From Sphingobacteriales bacterium (GTDB taxonomy: Bacteria > Bacteroidota > Bacteroidia > Chitinophagales > JADIYW01): a DNA stretch of 32,897 bases. Each line of letters starts with the position of its first letter. Position 1 is the first letter of the stretch. The stretch covers positions 1-32,897 of the forward strand of contig JANNVS010000197.1 in NCBI GenBank assembly GCA_031414515.1, in the 5' to 3' direction. Made by a program: the position numbers and the translations under genes. Below the pieces are notes generated by a model. That model did not search any database and was not told the DNA's origin. It saw only the letters and a list, made by a program, of their open reading frames with translations. This document shows, in pieces, positions 27,807 to 32,897 of the stretch.

Positions 27807-29096
27807 TTATTTATTCTTTAACCAAGCAATATAGCTATAAAAACCAAAAGGATAAGTGTAATTCGAAATTTCATTGCCTTTTAAATCATAAAGGTATACT
27901 TGTGGATATTTATATTTTTCAAAATAACTGACAGCTGCCTTAGCATCTGACTTACTCATCCTTTGCATAATACCTGCTATCGGAATATTAAAGCCAACAT
28001 TGACTAGAACAAAATCATCCAGTACACTAATACTACCCATTGCGATAGTATTAATATCATATACTTTCTCAAATACAACTTCTAAAGAATTATCGGCATC
28101 GTTAATTTTAAAGACTCTAGCTAGTGCTGGTCTGAATGGATTAATTGAATCACCAGCGGAACCATTTTCAAAATAGCTAAAATAACCTTTAAATGGACCT
28201 GATTCTATCCTATTTAGATGATGCGTATAATAAGGATTACTTAGATTTCCAATGCCATTTATTTTGGAGAATGAATGTCCATTATTGCCCCAATACCAGT
28301 CTATATTGTGTGTCTTTAAATCAATTTGTAAAAATCCTGAAAAAGCACAATTTATTAGCAACTTATTATTTTCTGTTTTTTGTATCCAATTCCAATGATA
28401 GATATCTAAAATCTTATTGTAAATTCCGTCAGATTCAAATAGTTCAGGAACTAACATGGAATCGGGTACAATAGTTGACGTAGAAAATAGAAATGATTTT
28501 TTGTTGGTGGTAGAATTCCACTCATAGAAATCAAAATCTATAATACTGGTATCTATTCCGAAAAGCATTTTTCTTCTGTCGTAGTCAGCTACTGAAAAAT
28601 AGTATAAACTATCACCTTCATTAATAATACAATGTCTGTCAAGATTGGCATCTATATCTTTTCCTATAGATAATTCTATTACGTTACTACTATTATATTT
28701 TTTAGAGATTATTTTAAAATTGTCCAGATACATATAGCCTTTACTATCATTGCTTTGTGGCTGCATCCAGATAGAAGTTAAAATTGATTTTTCAGATTTT
28801 TCAGAATTATTTTTTTTAACCAGCACTTCTTCACTTGTTTTTCCATAAATACTGTTTGTTAGAATATAAGATTTTTCATGTTCTTTACCTTTAGTGGAAT
28901 CAAAGAGACCAGGTGTTAAAAAATCAAAAAGATTGTAGAAATCATGACAAGGTAGAACTATCGAATACTTATTATCAAATAATTTTGCTTTTTTAGGGTT
29001 AGTAATTTTACTGGCAACTTTTATACTGGCTGGATTCTCACAGAATGATTTTTGAAATGTAAATAATGTAAGAAGAAGGAATATAAATTGTTGCAT
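27807..29096 (-). CDS. Secreted protein, arylsulfotransferase (ASST)-like beta-propeller
   Basis: Signal-peptide-like N-terminus; motif order D-x-H, Y-H-x-N, W-x-W-G, T-H-H, FENG, MGS resembles ASST-family motifs. Confidence 0.5.
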   Translation of the reverse strand: MQQFIFLLLTLFTFQKSFCENPASIKVASKITNPKKAKLFDNKYSIVLPCHDFYNLFDFLTPGLFDSTKGKEHEKSYILTNSIYGKTSEEVLVKKNNSEKSEKSILTSIWMQPQSNDSKGYMYLDNFKIISKKYNSSNVIELSIGKDIDANLDRHCIINEGDSLYYFSVADYDRRKMLFGIDTSIIDFDFYEWNSTTNKKSFLFSTSTIVPDSMLVPELFESDGIYNKILDIYHWNWIQKTENNKLLINCAFSGFLQIDLKTHNIDWYWGNNGHSFSKINGIGNLSNPYYTHHLNRIESGPFKGYFSYFENGSAGDSINPFRPALARVFKINDADNSLEVVFEKVYDINTIAMGSISVLDDFVLVNVGFNIPIAGIMQRMSKSDAKAAVSYFEKYKYPQVYLYDLKGNEISNYTYPFGFYSYIAWLKNK

Positions 29097-29120
29097 AGAT
29101 ATATAATTATTAATTCATTG

Positions 29121-29128
29121 CAAAGTTA
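29121..29128 (-). promoter_or_regulatory. Bacteroidota-type -7 promoter element (TAACTTTG on the minus strand)
   Basis: caaagtta on the + strand, 24 bp upstream of the start at 29096. Confidence 0.55.
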
Positions 29129-29306
29129 ACGATTTTATGCATATCTGGATGGTTTTTTGTAATCCTATTTAGATACAAAGCATCACTAGAAGTATGCAAG
29201 ATTCTTATCATTTTTATACAGATGTAACTATCTAGACATTCCAGCGTATATATTAGTTTGATTTTTAGATATTTAAATGAATAGACTTTAGAAACCTGAA
29301 TTTTTA

Positions 29307-30989
29307 TTAGTCTATTTTATACAGATGAAATTGTAATAATCCTCTTGGAGTGTTCGCATTAATTTCTGGTGATTGATTGGTTTTAGAAAAGTGAATATCT
29401 ATTTCGTAAATTGACTGAATATAATTTTCCAACATTTGCATTCTTTCTTCACAACCTAAGAAGTATACGTTTTCTTTGTTTTTTTCTATATATAAAACAT
29501 AGTCTTTAAAATGATTAGAGCCTGCAATTTTATTATTGAATTCCAAATGATTCTTCATCATAGACATATATCCATTGTCTAGGCTGAATAAATTTATTTT
29601 TTTAATATCAGCAGTTGACATTATTGCTTTTGTAAAAAATAGTTGTAGAGAATATAAATCTGGTACCAAGATTTTATCTGATTGGCGCAATTTCCAGTTT
29701 TCAATAAATGATGTTGCCTGTGTATGCAGACTTTTTCGATATCTTAATTTATAATAGCATTCCGATATAAAAAACAGTTCTGCTAATAAAAGCACAGCAA
29801 CAAATAATAGGTATGTTCTTTTGTTTGTTGGCTTTAAATCCGGTAGATTATGTAATAGATAAAATAGTGTTATTAGTAGTATTGGATTTAGAACCCTGTC
29901 TTCCATTTTTATATAAATCGTAATTGCAAAAATGTATATAAAGGCCAACAAGAGAATCAGTAATACTTTTTTTAATAATTTATATTCTTTTAACATAAAA
30001 AGCAGTACTATTAAAATAAAAGTAACTGACAATAAAATGATATAATTAGCTCTATTGTTATATGCCAGATCCGACAGATTGCTAATGGCGTTAATTATAT
30101 TATGTTCATACTTAAACGTTTTGACAAACGATTTAAAATCAACTCTGTCGTGAGGTTTTATATTTAATTGTTCAAATATAGCAGTGTTTATTAAACTATC
30201 CGTATCGCCAAAGAATGCTTGATGTAATGAATAGTATTTAATATAATTTTGTTTTGAAAGTACTAGGTGCAGGCTGTCTTTCTGCTTAAAATCAAGTATG
30301 CTATATTTATATGTTCTAAATACTTCATAACGCTTATCATCATCATTATAAGGTTGCTTATTTAAATAACTAATGAGAGCTGCTGATAGAATTACAATTA
30401 ACCAAATGTATTTCCTTTTTTTTAGGTTTAAAATAAATAACGATGCTTTTTGAATAATACAAATGCCTGATGAAAATATAAAGACAAACCAGAACGTTTC
30501 GGTTCGTAATAAAACTCCGAGCAGAATCAATAATAAAGCGATTTTAATCTTTCCTTTATCATTGAGTAAAAAATAACAACCTAAAAAATTGCAATAGATG
30601 GCTGTCTTTGTGAACTGTATAAATATAAAATCATGAAGTAGCAAAAGTAAGACACCCGATAGAAGAATGAGTTTAAAAAACTTATTCTCTTTAAAACTCA
30701 TTCTTTCTATAAATAATAGAATCATTAAATAGATGCAATAGGAATTAATGGCAACAATTATGACTCCATAGATATTTATATTTACAAAAACTGTTTGCAG
30801 TTTTTGTATTAGTTTTGAAATAATAAATAAGCATTCATAATTATTAAATATACTACCAGGTTGCGTTTGAAATAAACCAGAAAATATTGCAGAAAAAATA
30901 TAATCTGAGAATTCATCTAAGTAAATACCAATAAAGTAAGCAATGGCTACTAAAGTAATTATTAGATATCTTTTTTTTTGAACACTCAA
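29307..30989 (-). CDS. Polytopic membrane protein, distant member of family A (putative GT-C-fold)
   Basis: Same size and topology; LDEFSD loop, NIYG, FTKTA, LLRTE, DRVLNP correspond to family A NVYG, STRNA, LIRFE, LRFLIP. Confidence 0.5.
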   Translation of the reverse strand: MSVQKKRYLIITLVAIAYFIGIYLDEFSDYIFSAIFSGLFQTQPGSIFNNYECLFIISKLIQKLQTVFVNINIYGVIIVAINSYCIYLMILLFIERMSFKENKFFKLILLSGVLLLLLHDFIFIQFTKTAIYCNFLGCYFLLNDKGKIKIALLLILLGVLLRTETFWFVFIFSSGICIIQKASLFILNLKKRKYIWLIVILSAALISYLNKQPYNDDDKRYEVFRTYKYSILDFKQKDSLHLVLSKQNYIKYYSLHQAFFGDTDSLINTAIFEQLNIKPHDRVDFKSFVKTFKYEHNIINAISNLSDLAYNNRANYIILLSVTFILIVLLFMLKEYKLLKKVLLILLLAFIYIFAITIYIKMEDRVLNPILLITLFYLLHNLPDLKPTNKRTYLLFVAVLLLAELFFISECYYKLRYRKSLHTQATSFIENWKLRQSDKILVPDLYSLQLFFTKAIMSTADIKKINLFSLDNGYMSMMKNHLEFNNKIAGSNHFKDYVLYIEKNKENVYFLGCEERMQMLENYIQSIYEIDIHFSKTNQSPEINANTPRGLLQFHLYKID

Positions 30990-30998
30990 GTGGATACT

Positions 30999-32627
30999 TT
31001 AAATATTAGTTATTTTTTTTAGATACAAATTAATGCTTTTTTTGTCATCAACTATATGAATAAAACTATCATTATCTTTTAAAAATTTAATTAGGTTATT
31101 ATAAATTAGACTTTGAGTTGAAAATTCCTGATTTTCTGTTAGAATGATTACATCGTAGTTTATGAAATTTAATTTTGGCTCTTTTTTATTATAAGTATAC
31201 ATGTTATTAATAGAAATATTTTCACAGGATGAATTTGGTATAAACTTATCAAATTCACCATCGTTTGATAATATTCTTAGATTTTTTATTTTCCGTTCCT
31301 CTTTATACTGATTAATAATATTAATACTATTTATTACTCTTCGGTCTATATAGCTTTTGTTTTTTTCAAAATATGTACTAGTTGTTGGATGCAGTATAAT
31401 AATACAACCGATAATGAAAATTAGGATAAATTCTGTTATCTTTTTGTATCTAAAATTTATTAGAAGGTGTATAATACTTATGTATATTATAGGTACAAAA
31501 AATAAAAAATATCTTGCTTCAAATATATACACTACAAATACTATAATTGTAGGTATTGTGCAAATCACAAGAAATAATATTACAGGATTCCTTAATAAAT
31601 ATTTTATTTTTAATTGTGAGATGTTTATAAGTAGTGTAATAATTATAATCCATGAAAACATATAGTTTATTATACTTTTGTCTTTATAGCCTACAAATAT
31701 CTGAGGAAGTAGTATGTCTGTAATTCTATATGAATTAATAATCACAGTATTGTAAATATTAAAAAGTGAATTCTTTGTAAATTCTATAGGGTTGCTAAAA
31801 AAGAATTCGGATATGCTTTTTGCATTTCCAAATATCTTTGTACTGTTGGTATATAAATCAATGTTTGGAAAAAGAGGCATCTCTTTCATTTGTAAATAAT
31901 TTCTCGTATAACTTTGTGCATAGGCTAAATAACTATGTTCTGTTGCAGTAATTGATAAGCCAAATACTTTTATTAGAATGAGTGAAGTCAGTATGATAAA
32001 AATAAAAAGAATTGTTTCCCTCTTTTCATTTCTTAATTTTAGTATATAATATATTGCGTATATAATAATTGAAATGATAAATAAAAGACAATATTCATTT
32101 CTGCAGTAGCTTAATATCAAAAATGAAATTGTAAACAATGAAATTGTAGAATATTGTTTCTTTTTAAAATAATAAATTAAACAGGCCATTAGGCAAATTA
32201 TACTTAATGTAAAATTATTTAACTTCATTGCCCACGAGAAGACAAAGTCATTTACAATATATTCTGTTGATACATTTGTATTTGAATATAAAAAGAGTAA
32301 TGCAAAAAATAAACTAAATACAATATTCCTGAAATAAGTGAATAATAATAAGTAAATGCAAATGGGTAATAGAATAATATTTATTCGTTGATTTAAATAA
32401 TAAAGAGATATGTCATTTGATTCAAAAATACGTAAGAATTTATACCAGAGCGGATATACGATTCTTGTTCCACCAGACATAATGTGTTTGCTTAATATAA
32501 GATAATCTGCTTCATCATTTAAATCCAATTCAATATAATTCTTTAATTCTGAAGTCAGATTATATCCTAAAAAGATCAAAATAATAATTCCAAAAATAAA
32601 GTATATCGTTTTTTTATGATTAATCAT
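30999..32627 (-). CDS. Polytopic membrane protein, putative GT-C (ArnT/PMT-like) glycosyltransferase
   Basis: DLNDEADY acidic loop after TM1, YP, RNE, EARYFLFFVP, C-terminal soluble domain. Confidence 0.55.
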   Translation of the reverse strand: MINHKKTIYFIFGIIILIFLGYNLTSELKNYIELDLNDEADYLILSKHIMSGGTRIVYPLWYKFLRIFESNDISLYYLNQRINIILLPICIYLLLFTYFRNIVFSLFFALLFLYSNTNVSTEYIVNDFVFSWAMKLNNFTLSIICLMACLIYYFKKKQYSTISLFTISFLILSYCRNEYCLLFIISIIIYAIYYILKLRNEKRETILFIFIILTSLILIKVFGLSITATEHSYLAYAQSYTRNYLQMKEMPLFPNIDLYTNSTKIFGNAKSISEFFFSNPIEFTKNSLFNIYNTVIINSYRITDILLPQIFVGYKDKSIINYMFSWIIIITLLINISQLKIKYLLRNPVILFLVICTIPTIIVFVVYIFEARYFLFFVPIIYISIIHLLINFRYKKITEFILIFIIGCIIILHPTTSTYFEKNKSYIDRRVINSINIINQYKEERKIKNLRILSNDGEFDKFIPNSSCENISINNMYTYNKKEPKLNFINYDVIILTENQEFSTQSLIYNNLIKFLKDNDSFIHIVDDKKSINLYLKKITNI

Positions 32628-32639
32628 TATTACTTGAAC

Positions 32640-32897
32640 TTATGCAATTAATTTATTAAACTCTTTCATCTTTATTTTACTTGTAGAAGGATCAAAGGTG
32701 TCAATCAATTCTCCATCCGCCACATAATTAATAAATCCATTTTTTATGGAAGAAGAGAAATTTGTTTTCTGAGCTATTTGTAGAAAATAATCTTTTGTTA
32801 CATGGTATTTATTTATTTTATTTGATTCTGTATCTAATATGTAATGTGTAATAGGTGTATCTTTTGGTTTCAGATTTAGTCCGATTGAAATTCGATG
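32640..32897 (-). CDS. 3' end of a gene running off the window; possibly a PhyH-family dioxygenase C-terminus
   Basis: 85-codon open frame not in the ORF track (HRISIGLNLKPKDTPITHY...NKLIA*), ending 12 bp before the next start; RIxIGxxxxPxxxPxxHY resembles PhyH-family C-terminal strands. Confidence 0.5.
   Translation of the reverse strand, partial: HRISIGLNLKPKDTPITHYILDTESNKINKYHVTKDYFLQIAQKTNFSSSIKNGFINYVADGELIDTFDPSTSKIKMKEFNKLIA

Noticed and set aside
29130-29300. Intergenic stretch with recurring short ATCT/AGAT motifs
   Set aside because: No consistent repeat unit, terminal inverted repeat or stable hairpin could be defined.
596-31665. Short (60-102 aa) ORFs antisense to or overlapping the main genes, e.g. 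596..877, 4238..4513, 8850..9089, 18410..18688, 28193..28474, 31357..31665
   Set aside because: They lie within or largely overlap long, motif-bearing genes and have no recognisable motifs; they are expected shadow ORFs.

Overview
AT-rich bacterial window, probably Bacteroidota: several TAnnTTTG promoter boxes, A-rich translation starts without Shine-Dalgarno motifs. It is almost entirely one dense envelope or glycoconjugate tailoring island. It encodes three cobalamin-binding radical SAM enzymes, two polyprenol-phosphate-type GT2 enzymes and a WecE-like sugar aminotransferase. It also has a Gfo/Idh/MocA oxidoreductase, GNAT-like and SGNH-like acyl enzymes, and a possible arylsulfotransferase. 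Three complete Fe/2OG oxygenases (AspH/LpxO-like, JmjC, PhyH) and probably the end of a fourth are present, along with two membrane desaturases, one a cytochrome-b5-fused front-end type. There are eight ~520-560 aa polytopic membrane proteins: three TMTC-like GT-C paralogs, three close paralogs plus one distant member of an unnamed GT-C-like family, and one more GT-C-like protein. A 287-bp non-coding MITE-like insertion with IS982-type ends and an 8-bp target duplication lies at 15198-15484. I saw no rRNA, tRNA or CRISPR array. Functional calls come from motif recognition only; no database searches were run.
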